NCBI GenBank assembly: GCA_041675125.1
Contig: JBAYUM010000001.1
Span: 1-60,967 of the forward strand
Direction: 5' to 3'
From: Candidatus Nanopelagicales bacterium
GTDB taxonomy: Bacteria > Actinomycetota > Actinomycetes > S36-B12
DNA: 60,967 nt
The position numbers and the translations under genes are program-made. Each line of letters opens with the position of its first letter. The stretch's first letter is position 1. This document shows, one piece after another, positions 38,325-47,122 of the stretch. The notes under the pieces are model-generated. The model worked only from the letters and a program-made list of their open reading frames with translations. It was not told where the DNA came from and searched no databases.

Positions 38325-40532
38325 CTAGGACTTGGTGGCATTGAGCAGAAGAGTGGAGACGTCTACGACCTCTACTCCTACGGCTCGACCCTCTTCTTGC
38401 TGGCGGCTGGTCACCGCGTCGTTCAACATGACTGAGCAGAACGGACAGGCAACCGCAATGCGCTTCGCTCCCGTTGCGATGGCCTCATCGCCGCGGTTCT
38501 GATTGATGCGGGTGCCGATCTTCTCTTCCATCCACATGCGTGCGCCACCGGCGCCGCAGCAGAAGCTCTTGTCACCGCTGCGCTCCATCTCAACGGTGTT
38601 CTCAACTGTGGCCCCGACAAGCTCACGCGGCGGCGTGTAGATCTTGTTGTGACGGCCCAGGTAGCACGGGTCGTGGTAGGTCACGGTCTTGTCGATCTTG
38701 TTGACCGGTGTCAGGCGACCGGCCTTGACCAGGTCGTTGAGCAACTCGGTGTGGTGGACAACGTCGTAGTTGCCACCCAACTGCGGGTACTCGCGCTTGA
38801 GGGTGTTCAGGCAATGCGGGCAGGTCACGACGATCTTCGTGGCCTTGATCTCATTGAGCACCTCGACGTTCTGGGCAGCCTGCATCTGGAACAGGAACTC
38901 ATTGCCGGCACGACGTGCGGGATCGCCCGTGCAGGTCTCACCCTCGCCCAGCACCATGAACTTGACCCCTGCGATGTGCATGAGCTCAGCGACGTTCTTG
39001 GTCGTGCGCTTGGCGCGATCCTCGAAGGCGCCCGCACAGCCAACCCAGAAGAGGTAGTCGACGTCAGCAGGGATCGTGTCCTCGCCATTGGCGCCGAAGA
39101 CAGCGACATCGAAGTCGACCTCCCCGATCCAAGCGTTGCGATCCGAGGCATTCATGCCCCAGGGGTTGCCCTTGTTCTCGAGGTTCTTGAACAGGCCATT
39201 GAGCTCGGTCGGGAAATCACTGGCGATCATGACCTGGTTGCGCCGCATGTCGATGAAGTGATCGATGTGCTCGATGTCCACCGGGCACTGGTTGACGCAG
39301 GCGCCACAGGTGGTGCAGTTCCAGAGGGCTTCCTCATCGATGATCGCAAGATCGGCGCCAGTCGAACGGTGTCCGTCGAAGGTGTAGCCGTCTTCAGCCG
39401 AGTGCTCCGAGCCCTCGCGAGATCCGATGAAGGGGCGCTCGACCTCTGCTCGAACCTCGGGGCTGAGGCTGTTGAGTGCCGCCTCATCGAACTCGCCGAG
39501 GCCTGGATGCTTGCCCTTGGCCGCGAGCAGGTAATCGGACTGGGCGAACATCGTGTCGCGCAGGTTCATGATCATCAGCTTCGGTGACAACGGCTTCTCG
39601 GTGTTCCAGGCCGGGCACTGCGACTGGCAGCGACCGCACTCAGTGCAGGACATGAAGTCGACATAGCCCTTCCACGTGAACTCGGCAATATGGCCCTTGC
39701 CGAAGAGTGCATCCTCCGGTGGATCCTCGAAGTTCAATGGCTCACCGTTGTACATCATCGGCAGCAGCGGGCCCAGCGCATTCGGGCGACGCGAGGTGAA
39801 GACGTTGACGGGAGCGGCACCGATATGCAAGTGCTTGGAGTGCAGCACGATGAGCAGGAACAGCAGCACCACGGCGATCTGGAGCCAGATGCCGATGGTC
39901 TCAAGCCACTCATTGGCAGTCTCGCCCAGCGGCTCGAGCCATGAGGCAACAGTCTCGGTGACGAAGGCGCCGCCATCCATGAACGGGAAGACACCGGTGT
40001 TGTACTGGGCAGCGCGGTACAGGAACAGGGTCCAGACCACGTTGAAGATCATGAACAGGATGATCCAGGCGCCAGAAGTGTGCGATCCGAAGAACCGGGA
40101 CCATCGGCCCCTCTTCTCCGGATTGTTCCTCAGGCGCAGAATTGCGAAGATCGAGATACCCACGAGCACCAGCAGGCCGAAGAGATCCTCGAGGAAGCCC
40201 ACGAGCGACCAATGCCCGACGATCGGGATGGCGAAGTCGGAGATGAACAGTGCGCCGTAGACCTCGAGGATCGTGGCGCCAAGCACCAGGAAGCCCCAGA
40301 ACGCGAACACGTGCGCGATACCAGGAATGGTCCACTTGAGCAGTTTCCTCTGGCCCAGAACCTCGACGGCCTCGGCTTCGACCCGTGCGGTGGGATCGGT
40401 CAGGCGCCCTGAGGCGGGCTTTCCACTGCGTGCGAGCTTCACAAGGAACGCCATTCGGCGACCAGCGAAGGCCAAGATTCCGATGGTCAGCGCAAGCCCA
40501 ACAATCAGGCGCAACACCATGTCCGACTCCAT
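38325..40532 (-). CDS. etfD: Membrane-anchored Fe-S oxidoreductase with two CCG (HdrD/GlpC-like) domains, EtfD-like (Rv0338c-like)
   Basis: 735-aa ORF. It has N-terminal TM helices, two 4Fe-4S motifs (CTECGRCQSQCP, CTTCGACVNQCP), and CCG-domain motifs (FWVGCAGAF, YHDPCYLGRHN, FCCGAGGA). It sits immediately upstream of etfBA on the same strand. Confidence 0.75.
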   Translation of the reverse strand: MESDMVLRLIVGLALTIGILAFAGRRMAFLVKLARSGKPASGRLTDPTARVEAEAVEVLGQRKLLKWTIPGIAHVFAFWGFLVLGATILEVYGALFISDFAIPIVGHWSLVGFLEDLFGLLVLVGISIFAILRLRNNPEKRGRWSRFFGSHTSGAWIILFMIFNVVWTLFLYRAAQYNTGVFPFMDGGAFVTETVASWLEPLGETANEWLETIGIWLQIAVVLLFLLIVLHSKHLHIGAAPVNVFTSRRPNALGPLLPMMYNGEPLNFEDPPEDALFGKGHIAEFTWKGYVDFMSCTECGRCQSQCPAWNTEKPLSPKLMIMNLRDTMFAQSDYLLAAKGKHPGLGEFDEAALNSLSPEVRAEVERPFIGSREGSEHSAEDGYTFDGHRSTGADLAIIDEEALWNCTTCGACVNQCPVDIEHIDHFIDMRRNQVMIASDFPTELNGLFKNLENKGNPWGMNASDRNAWIGEVDFDVAVFGANGEDTIPADVDYLFWVGCAGAFEDRAKRTTKNVAELMHIAGVKFMVLGEGETCTGDPARRAGNEFLFQMQAAQNVEVLNEIKATKIVVTCPHCLNTLKREYPQLGGNYDVVHHTELLNDLVKAGRLTPVNKIDKTVTYHDPCYLGRHNKIYTPPRELVGATVENTVEMERSGDKSFCCGAGGARMWMEEKIGTRINQNRGDEAIATGAKRIAVACPFCSVMLNDAVTSRQQEEGRAVGVEVVDVSTLLLNATKS

Positions 40533-40555
40533 GCCAGTTCACTCCCTGCAGACCG

Positions 40556-40584
40556 ATTGTGTGGGGATTCCCAGATCACACAAT
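40556..40584. promoter_or_regulatory. Inverted repeat ATTGTGTG-N13-CACACAAT in the etfD / tetR divergent region (candidate operator)
   Basis: Read directly. The 8-bp arms are perfect, and the spacer contains the near-palindrome GGGATTCCC. It lies 24 bp upstream of the etfD start and 73 bp upstream of the TetR start. Confidence 0.35.
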
Positions 40585-40656
40585 GAGTTATAACTTTAGC
40601 ACAAATGGGCTTTGGCCCCCTGGGCCTGCTGAACCTACCGAAACCCGTCGCTCGGC

Positions 40657-41397
40657 ATGCAAGAATCCCATGATATGACTGCCGATCCGGAGGCGGTGCC
40701 CCTGCAGGCACCCGCGCCGCGCAAGCGTAATCCTCGTGGTTCGCTGAACCCAGAGGTCATTCTGGCCGAGGCCTTCCGACTCTGCCGCGAGGAGACTCTC
40801 GACGAGTTGAGCATGCCCAAGCTGGCCAGGCGGCTCGGCGTGGGCGTCACCAGCCTCTACTGGTACTTCCACACCAAGGAAGAGCTCCTCCAGGTGATGC
40901 TCGAGCAGGTGGCCCATGAGTTCCTCCATGCGCTGCCGGATTACGACTCGCTGCCCTGGGATGAGCACTTCCGCCGCTACTTCACCCAGATGCGACGCAT
41001 CTTCCTGGCCAATGAGGTCATCTGCGACTTCCTGGTGATGCGCACCCATATGTCGATCATGAACCCCGGGCAGTTCTTCATCGAGCGTCTCAATCGGGAG
41101 GTCGGAGTGCTCCTCGACGCCGGCTTCGCGCCGGATATCGCCACTCGTGGGTACCAGGCGATGTCGGTCTACACCACGGGTTCGGTTCAGAAGATCCGTC
41201 AACTGCAGATTCGTGGCGAGAACACAGAAGGCAAGATGTTCCCAATCGACGATATGGAGACCATGCAGTCAATCGCCGACAAGTACCCGAACCTGCAGCT
41301 GACCGCCCCGTACTGGCACCGCACCTACTCGACCAATATCGACTATGAGGTCGGCCTCAACCTCATCATCGACGGGCTTCGCACGCACTTGAAGTAG
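40657..41397 (+). CDS. TetR-family transcriptional regulator
   Basis: 246-aa ORF. The HTH is ILAEAFRLCREETLDELSMPKLARRLGVGVTSLYWYFHTKEELL. Confidence 0.9.
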   Translation: MQESHDMTADPEAVPLQAPAPRKRNPRGSLNPEVILAEAFRLCREETLDELSMPKLARRLGVGVTSLYWYFHTKEELLQVMLEQVAHEFLHALPDYDSLPWDEHFRRYFTQMRRIFLANEVICDFLVMRTHMSIMNPGQFFIERLNREVGVLLDAGFAPDIATRGYQAMSVYTTGSVQKIRQLQIRGENTEGKMFPIDDMETMQSIADKYPNLQLTAPYWHRTYSTNIDYEVGLNLIIDGLRTHLK

Positions 41398-41409
41398 CCG
41401 GTTGAAATA

Positions 41410-41443
41410 AGGAAAGGCCCCGACGTGAGTCGGGGCCTTTCCT
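41410..41443. terminator. Bidirectional hairpin between convergent tetR and acyl-CoA dehydrogenase genes
   Basis: AGGAAAGGCCCCGAC-gtga-GTCGGGGCCTTTCCT is a perfect 15-bp stem, read directly. Confidence 0.7.
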
Positions 41444-41456
41444 GTTGACCGAGTTC

Positions 41457-42587
41457 TTACAGACCGATCAGATCGGCGATGCGGCGCTTGTGGTCTGCCG
41501 GCGTGCCGAACAGCTGGCGATCGACCATCGTGCGGCGCAGGTAGAGGTGGCAGTCGTGCTCCCACGTCACGCCGAGGCCACCGTGCATCTGCACGCAGTC
41601 CTGGATGATCTGAACGGCCTTGGTTCCGACGTAGGCCTTGGCAACGCTGGCCAGACGCCCTGCGTTGTCATCGCGATCGTTGACGGCCTTGACGGCTGCA
41701 TCCGTTGTCGCCATGCAGCACTCAAGCCAGGTGCGCATATCCGAGAAACGGTGCTTGAGCGCTTGGTAGGACGCGAGAGGACGGCCGAAGGAGTAGCGAT
41801 CGAAAGCCCACTGAACAGTGAACTCGAACACGCGATCGATCGCACCGCACATCTCAGCGGACTGCAGAGTGATGGCCACCTGGAACATGCGCTCGACGAT
41901 GTCGGCTGAGGTTGCCTCCGTGCCGACCATTGCCTCAGCAGGCACTGTCACGCCATCGAACCGGATGGTCGCGTAGTTGCGGACGAAGTCCAGGGAGTCA
42001 ACCGGCTCGACCGTGACGCCGTCGGCATCGGTTGGCACGAGGAACAGTGCAACACCTGAATCAGTCTTTGCCGACACCAGCACGACATTGGCGACGTCGC
42101 CGACCTCGACACGATCCTTGACACCGGTGATGACGTAGTTGCCGCCGTTCTTTGCGGCCGTGGTTCCGGGATTGAGCGGATCCCAGTGACCCTTGGGCTC
42201 ATAGGCGGCCCAACTGCCAATGCTCTCGCCGGACATCAGGCCCTCGATTGCCTCGCTGTGGTCGGGGCCGCTTGCAGCGCCCTCGACCAGGCCAGCGATC
42301 ACGGTGTTGACGGGCAACAGCGGTCCCGGGCTGACCAGGCGACCGAACTCCTCGGCGACAATGACCAGATCCTGGAATCCATTGCCCGAGATGCTGCCGC
42401 CACCGAGGTCTTCAGGAACAAGCAGCGCTGCCCAGCCGAGCTCGGCACCCTGTGCCCAGAACTCGGGGGGGAAACCTCCACCGGCCTTGTTGAGCTCGCG
42501 CACCTTCTCAACAGGTGCCTCGGTCTCGAGGAACTTCACGGTCGTGTTGCGGAAAAGCTTCTGGTCCTCAGTGAGTTGCAGGTCCAT
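41457..42587 (-). CDS. Acyl-CoA dehydrogenase family protein (376 aa)
   Basis: It has the ACAD N-terminal, middle and C-terminal layout (MDLQLTEDQKLFRNT..., GSWAAYEP..., KAYVGTKAVQIIQDCVQMHGGLG). It lies 66 bp downstream of the second ACAD. Confidence 0.9.
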   Translation of the reverse strand: MDLQLTEDQKLFRNTTVKFLETEAPVEKVRELNKAGGGFPPEFWAQGAELGWAALLVPEDLGGGSISGNGFQDLVIVAEEFGRLVSPGPLLPVNTVIAGLVEGAASGPDHSEAIEGLMSGESIGSWAAYEPKGHWDPLNPGTTAAKNGGNYVITGVKDRVEVGDVANVVLVSAKTDSGVALFLVPTDADGVTVEPVDSLDFVRNYATIRFDGVTVPAEAMVGTEATSADIVERMFQVAITLQSAEMCGAIDRVFEFTVQWAFDRYSFGRPLASYQALKHRFSDMRTWLECCMATTDAAVKAVNDRDDNAGRLASVAKAYVGTKAVQIIQDCVQMHGGLGVTWEHDCHLYLRRTMVDRQLFGTPADHKRRIADLIGL

Positions 42588-42653
42588 GCGGACTCCTCAA
42601 TTCTTTCTTCGCCCTTGCGAGCAATTGGTCGATGACAAGTGAACGGGACGCTC

Positions 42654-43895
42654 TCAGCGTCCGCGGCGAACCTCACGGAACGGAACATCGCGGTCAGCAG
42701 CAGCCTCACGCGGCATCATCAGCACGCGCTCGGAGATCATGTTGCGGCTCATCTCCGAAGAACCGCCGCCGAGGCTTGCGCCTTGGCGCATGAGGTACGA
42801 GACACCGATCGAACGCAGGTATCCGTCGCCCTCAGGCACGCTCGTGACGGCTTCATCGCCAGCGATGTCGAACATGATGTCCTGCTTGGTCTGAGGAATC
42901 TCAGCATGTGCAAGGCGCATCATCGAGCTGGCCATCGCCGGGTACTCACCCGAAGTCATGCCGATCGTGATGCGCTTGATCAACTGGTTGTTGACGACGT
43001 CCTGGGCGTGAACCCAGCCGACGAGCTCACGAGTCGCCGGATCCTTGTCCTTGCCGACCTGGCGGGCCAGATTCTCGATGCTCAGGCCAGCTGCGTTTCC
43101 GCGTGAAGGCGCACGACCGCTGACATAGGGCGATCCGCCGCCGACTGCCTGGCGCTCGTAGAACAACTGCCGCTGACCGACGGTCCAGCCGTCGTTCTCA
43201 GTGCCCACGAGATTCTCGGCAGGGACCACGAGGTCGGTGAAGAACTCCTCGCAGAACTCGTCCGAGCCATCAACCATGCGCACGCGGTTGAGGTGGGTCT
43301 GTGGGTCATGGACGGGAACGATGATCATCGAGAGGCCACGGTGCTTAGGCGCATCCCAGTCGGTGCGCACGAGACAGGTGGCGTAGTCCGCTGCATAGGC
43401 GAAGGTGCTCCACGTCTTCTGACCGTTGATGACGTAGGTGTCACCATCGCGCTGGGCACGGGTCAGCAGGCCCGCGAGATCAGAGCCTCCGCTTGGCTCC
43501 GAGAGGAACTGGCACAGGATGATCTCGCCGGAGATCGCGCCGCGCAGGTACTTCTGCTTCTGCTCTTCGCTGCCCATGTCGAGCAACATGCCCGAGCAGA
43601 TGCCCAATGATGGGACGTTCAGCCGGAGTGGCATCTCATAGGGGAGCGACTCCTCGGTGAATGCAGCCTGGTGCGCTGGGGTGAGGCCCTGACCGCCGTA
43701 CTCCTTGGGGAAGCACAGACCTGCGAAACCGCCGGCGAAGAGCTTCTTCTGCAGTTCGCGGTGCTCAACCCACTCGCGATCGGCGACCCGGTTGGTGTTG
43801 TATTCCTTGTTCGGATCCAGCTTTGGCATGTTGTCTGCGAGCCAAGCACGAGCGCGGATGCGGAAATCCTCAACCGATTCAATCTGGTCTGACAT
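42654..43895 (-). CDS. Acyl-CoA dehydrogenase family protein (413 aa)
   Basis: LSEPSGGSDLAGLLTRAQRDGDTYVINGQKTWSTFA (ACAD middle-domain signature) and GGGSSEMSRNMISERVL near the C-terminus. Confidence 0.9.
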   Translation of the reverse strand: MSDQIESVEDFRIRARAWLADNMPKLDPNKEYNTNRVADREWVEHRELQKKLFAGGFAGLCFPKEYGGQGLTPAHQAAFTEESLPYEMPLRLNVPSLGICSGMLLDMGSEEQKQKYLRGAISGEIILCQFLSEPSGGSDLAGLLTRAQRDGDTYVINGQKTWSTFAYAADYATCLVRTDWDAPKHRGLSMIIVPVHDPQTHLNRVRMVDGSDEFCEEFFTDLVVPAENLVGTENDGWTVGQRQLFYERQAVGGGSPYVSGRAPSRGNAAGLSIENLARQVGKDKDPATRELVGWVHAQDVVNNQLIKRITIGMTSGEYPAMASSMMRLAHAEIPQTKQDIMFDIAGDEAVTSVPEGDGYLRSIGVSYLMRQGASLGGGSSEMSRNMISERVLMMPREAAADRDVPFREVRRGR

Positions 43896-43913
43896 TTACT
43901 CCCCAACTCTGCG

Positions 43914-43935
43914 GTGACCAAGGGGTATTGGTCAC
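43914..43935. promoter_or_regulatory. Inverted repeat GTGACCAA-N6-TTGGTCAC upstream of the acyl-CoA dehydrogenase pair (candidate TetR-type operator)
   Basis: Read directly. The 8-bp arms are perfect and start 19 bp upstream of the ACAD start codon (43895), inside the 197-bp divergent region shared with moxR. Confidence 0.4.
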
Positions 43936-44092
43936 AAACATTCCGAATGCGAACACGGGAGGTCCGATAAGTGATAAAAATCTGCCTATTAGACCTAGAT
44001 GGTTATACGACCACTCGGCGAAGGCCTTGTCAACCGATCTTGGATAACCCGTCCGAGATGTTTGTCGCATGGTTCAGCCCTGAAGGAGTTTC

Positions 44093-45004
44093 ATGTCCGC
44101 CACGCCCAACCCCGCCCCATCAGTGATGGCCTCCGCCGTTGCCGCCTTTCCGAATATCTCGGAAGTACAGGCGCGACTGGCTGCCGTCGGTTACGTGGCC
44201 GATCCCCATATCGCCGGAGTCGTCTCGCTGGCCAGCCAGCTCGGCAAGCCCCTGCTCGCCGAGGGTCCTGCGGGCACAGGCAAGACCGAACTCGCCAAGG
44301 CGATCAGCCGTGCGCTGGGTGCTCGACTCATCCGACTTCAGTGCTACGAGGGCCTGGACGAGTCGCGCGCACTCTACGAATGGGACTATCGCAAGCAGCT
44401 GCTGCGCATCCAGGCCGTGCGCCAGGAGGCCGCTGGCGACTGGAATGCCATCGAGGATGACATCTTCGGCGAGGAGTACCTGCTGCATCGACCACTGCTT
44501 GAGGCCATTCAAGCCGAGGACGACGTCGTGCTGCTGATCGACGAGGTCGATCGCCTCGACATCGAGACCGAGGCGCTCCTGCTGGAGATCCTGTCGGACT
44601 TCCAGGTCTCCATTCCAGAACTCGGCACCGTTCATGCCCGTCAGCACCCGCTCGTCGTGCTGACCTCGAACAACAGCCGTGATCTCTCCGAGGCGCTCAA
44701 GCGCCGGTGCCTGTTCATGCACGTGGGCTACCCCACGGTCGAGCGCGAGCGCGAGATCATCCTCGCTGCGGTTCCAGGCATCACCGAGAACCTGGCCGAG
44801 CAGGTCGCGCGCATCGTTCGCACCCTGCGCGATCTCAACCTGAAGAAGAGCCCATCGGTCTCCGAGACCATTGACTGGGCCCGGGCGCTCGTGCTTCAAG
44901 GCAAGGCGGACGTGACCACCGATATCGTCATTGAGCACCTCTCAGTGCTGCTGAAGCATCAGACAGACATTGAGAAGGCCACCGAGGAACTCGCTGGGGC
45001 ATGA
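44093..45004 (+). CDS. MoxR-family AAA+ ATPase (CoxD/NorQ-like)
   Basis: 303-aa ORF with AAGGAG upstream. Walker A is EGPAGTGKTELAKA and Walker B is VVLLIDEVDR. It has the YEWDYRKQLLRIQ insert typical of this MoxR subgroup. Confidence 0.9.
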   Translation: MSATPNPAPSVMASAVAAFPNISEVQARLAAVGYVADPHIAGVVSLASQLGKPLLAEGPAGTGKTELAKAISRALGARLIRLQCYEGLDESRALYEWDYRKQLLRIQAVRQEAAGDWNAIEDDIFGEEYLLHRPLLEAIQAEDDVVLLIDEVDRLDIETEALLLEILSDFQVSIPELGTVHARQHPLVVLTSNNSRDLSEALKRRCLFMHVGYPTVEREREIILAAVPGITENLAEQVARIVRTLRDLNLKKSPSVSETIDWARALVLQGKADVTTDIVIEHLSVLLKHQTDIEKATEELAGA

Positions 45005-45027
45005 GCAGCCTTGGCTCTCGCCACCGA

Positions 45028-45660
45028 CTACTCCGACAGGAATCGGAGAACTTCGTCCTGGCACTTGAAGTTCGACGTGGTCGCGTAGTGGTCGACGCCC
45101 TTGAGCACCACCAGCCGGGCATCGGGCAGTGCCGCGGTGAGCGCGTCAGCCGGACCAACCATGTCACGATCGCCAATGACGACGAGTGCCGGAACCGTCA
45201 CCTTCGACAGCTGGCCGAGGTCGGGCATCTCCGTGAAGCCCTTCACGTACCGCTCAACCAAGGCTCGGTCATTGCCAGCTGTCTCAAGCAGCTGGAGCAC
45301 GAGATCTGCCAACTCGAAATCGCCTTCAGCCGGTCGGTGATTCCACATGCCATCGCCAATGCCGAGCAGCACGATCTTGTGGAAGGCCTCAGGCTTGGCC
45401 AGCGCTGCGCGCAGCACCAGGCGTGCACCAGCGCTGAAACCCACCGCGTCCACCGGCCCGATCTCGCTCACCAGATCCACCAGTCGCTGAACGGCCTCTG
45501 TCTCACCGCCGGGCGCCGCGGGTGCCGAGCCGTGACCGGGAAGCTCATGGGCAATCACGGCGAAGCCCTCGGACTGCAGGATGTCGTCCCAGCCGCTCAC
45601 GCCCCAGTTATGCGCGAAGGACGAGCCAAGACCATGAACGAGCACTACAGGAATGGACAT
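45028..45660 (-). CDS. Small alpha/beta-fold hydrolase
   Basis: About 210-aa product from ATG 45660 (MSIPVVLVHGLGSS). It has the oxyanion HG, the nucleophile elbow GFSAG, GDRD, and the C-terminal VDHY. The 362-aa track ORF (to 46116) is an upstream extension antisense to the VWA gene. Confidence 0.8.
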   Translation of the reverse strand: MSIPVVLVHGLGSSFAHNWGVSGWDDILQSEGFAVIAHELPGHGSAPAAPGGETEAVQRLVDLVSEIGPVDAVGFSAGARLVLRAALAKPEAFHKIVLLGIGDGMWNHRPAEGDFELADLVLQLLETAGNDRALVERYVKGFTEMPDLGQLSKVTVPALVVIGDRDMVGPADALTAALPDARLVVLKGVDHYATTSNFKCQDEVLRFLSE

Positions 45661-45697
45661 TCGCCGAGCATAGGACGAACCCAAGGCCGGAGGCAGC

Positions 45698-47089
45698 ATG
45701 CTTTCAACAGTTGAGGGACTCGTTCGCGAACTTCGCACGATTGGCATCCCCGTCTCGACAACGGAGCACATCGACGCCGCTCGGGCCTTGAAGGTCATTG
45801 ACATCAGTGACCGCTCGCAGGTCAAGGCGGCACTCTCAGCAACCATGATCAAGCGCATCGAGCACATGAAGACCTTCGACACGGTCTTCGACCTGTTCTT
45901 CTCGGGACTGGCGCAGTCGGAGATCACCTTCGAACTCGCCGAGGGTGGGCAGGACAACAGCATCGAGGCAATGCTCAACGCCCTCGACGATGACCAACTG
46001 CACGAGATGCTCGTCGATGCCACGGCAGCCAATGACGAACTCATGGTCAATGCCCTGGTGCAGGTGTTCGTCAATCGCAAGGCCAATATCCAGCAAGGCG
46101 CACAGGTTGCGGGCAACCTCTACGTGTTTCGCGTCCTGCGGGCGCTCGACTTGCCCGGCATCCGCGAAGAGCTCATCGACCGCGAGCAGATCGACCCGCA
46201 GAGCCCCGGCGCTGACCTTCAGCAGCGAATCGCCGAGAGCGATGCCGACCACAAGGTCGAGACCTTGCAGCAGAAGGTCGAGGCCGCAGTGCGTGCCCAA
46301 CTCGTCGCTGACCGAGGACCCAGTGCGGTCGCGCGTTCACTTCGATCGAAACTGCCGGAGGATATCGACTTCCTCACCGGATCGACCGCTGAGATCGAAG
46401 CACTCGAATGGACTCTCGCCCCCCTTCCGATCCAGCTCGCCCAGAAGCTTGCCCAGAAGCGATCACATGGCCGCCGCGGCGCAATTGACTTCCGTGGCAC
46501 CGTCCGTCATTCGATGTCCACCGGCGGCGTTCCTGTCGACATCGCCTTCAAGAAGCCTCATCCGCCGAAGCCCGAACTGATCGTGCTCGCTGACATCTCG
46601 GGTTCTGTCGCATCTTTCGCGACATTCACGCTCCAGCTCACATTCGCTATCCGGTCGCAGTTCCGAGCGGTCCGCAGCTTCGTCTTCATCGACGGCATCG
46701 ATGAGGTCACCGACATCATGTCCACGGCTGACAACATCTCGCAGGCCGCCCAGCGCATCGATGAGGAGAAGAAGGGATTCTCTCTCGACGGTCGCTCGGA
46801 CTACGGATCAGCCTTCAAGATCTTCCACAAGCGCTGGGGCCAGCAGATCACCAGCCGCAGCATCGTCCTTATTCTCGGCGACGGTCGCTCGAACTACCGT
46901 CAGCCGAATGCAGACGCCGTCGAATTCATGCACAAGCGTGCGCACCGGGTGTACTGGTTGAATCCTGAGCGCGAGGTGAGCTGGAACGAGGGCGACTCGA
47001 TCATCGCCAAGTACGCCCCGTACTGCAATTCGGTTTTCGAGTGCAGAAATGTTCGGCAACTGAAAGCATTCATCGAAGAACTCGACTAG
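45698..47089 (+). CDS. VWA domain protein, CoxE-like partner of MoxR ATPases
   Basis: 463-aa ORF. The C-terminal VWA domain has a MIDAS-type LADISGSVASF and LILGDGRSNY ... VYWLNPE, characteristic of CoxE-family proteins. Confidence 0.85.
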   Translation: MLSTVEGLVRELRTIGIPVSTTEHIDAARALKVIDISDRSQVKAALSATMIKRIEHMKTFDTVFDLFFSGLAQSEITFELAEGGQDNSIEAMLNALDDDQLHEMLVDATAANDELMVNALVQVFVNRKANIQQGAQVAGNLYVFRVLRALDLPGIREELIDREQIDPQSPGADLQQRIAESDADHKVETLQQKVEAAVRAQLVADRGPSAVARSLRSKLPEDIDFLTGSTAEIEALEWTLAPLPIQLAQKLAQKRSHGRRGAIDFRGTVRHSMSTGGVPVDIAFKKPHPPKPELIVLADISGSVASFATFTLQLTFAIRSQFRAVRSFVFIDGIDEVTDIMSTADNISQAAQRIDEEKKGFSLDGRSDYGSAFKIFHKRWGQQITSRSIVLILGDGRSNYRQPNADAVEFMHKRAHRVYWLNPEREVSWNEGDSIIAKYAPYCNSVFECRNVRQLKAFIEELD

Positions 47090-47122
47090 CACCACCAAAG
47101 GTTCCAACGAAGAAAGGAAGCC

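Noticed and set aside
40596-40604. The 9-mer TAGCACAAA is shared by the etfD/tetR intergenic region (about 40596-40604) and the SDR/amidohydrolase intergenic region (about 59787-59795).
   Set aside because: A single shared 9-mer among several kb of intergenic DNA is within chance expectation, and no second half-site or palindromic partner accompanies it.
45001-45714. A plus-strand 237-aa ORF that starts with an ATGA overlap on the moxR stop and ends inside the VWA gene start. It would restore a conventional moxR-X-VWA operon.
   Set aside because: Its translation (MSSLGSRHRLLRQESENF...HRVHRPDLAHQIHQ...) is low-complexity and Arg/His/Gln-rich with no motifs. The opposite strand encodes an alpha/beta-hydrolase with HG, GFSAG, GDRD and a C-terminal His in the right order. 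I keep it only as a caveat in the MoxR/VWA finding.
45661-46116. N-terminal extensions of several track ORFs: 45028-46116, 18759-19712, 50122-51183, 34698-36167 and 51207-52550.
   Set aside because: The extensions overlap neighbouring genes or lack family similarity. Internal starts with Shine-Dalgarno sequences give products matching paralogue or family lengths, for example exactly 311 aa for the VOC copy and a signal peptide at the N-terminus for the secreted protein.
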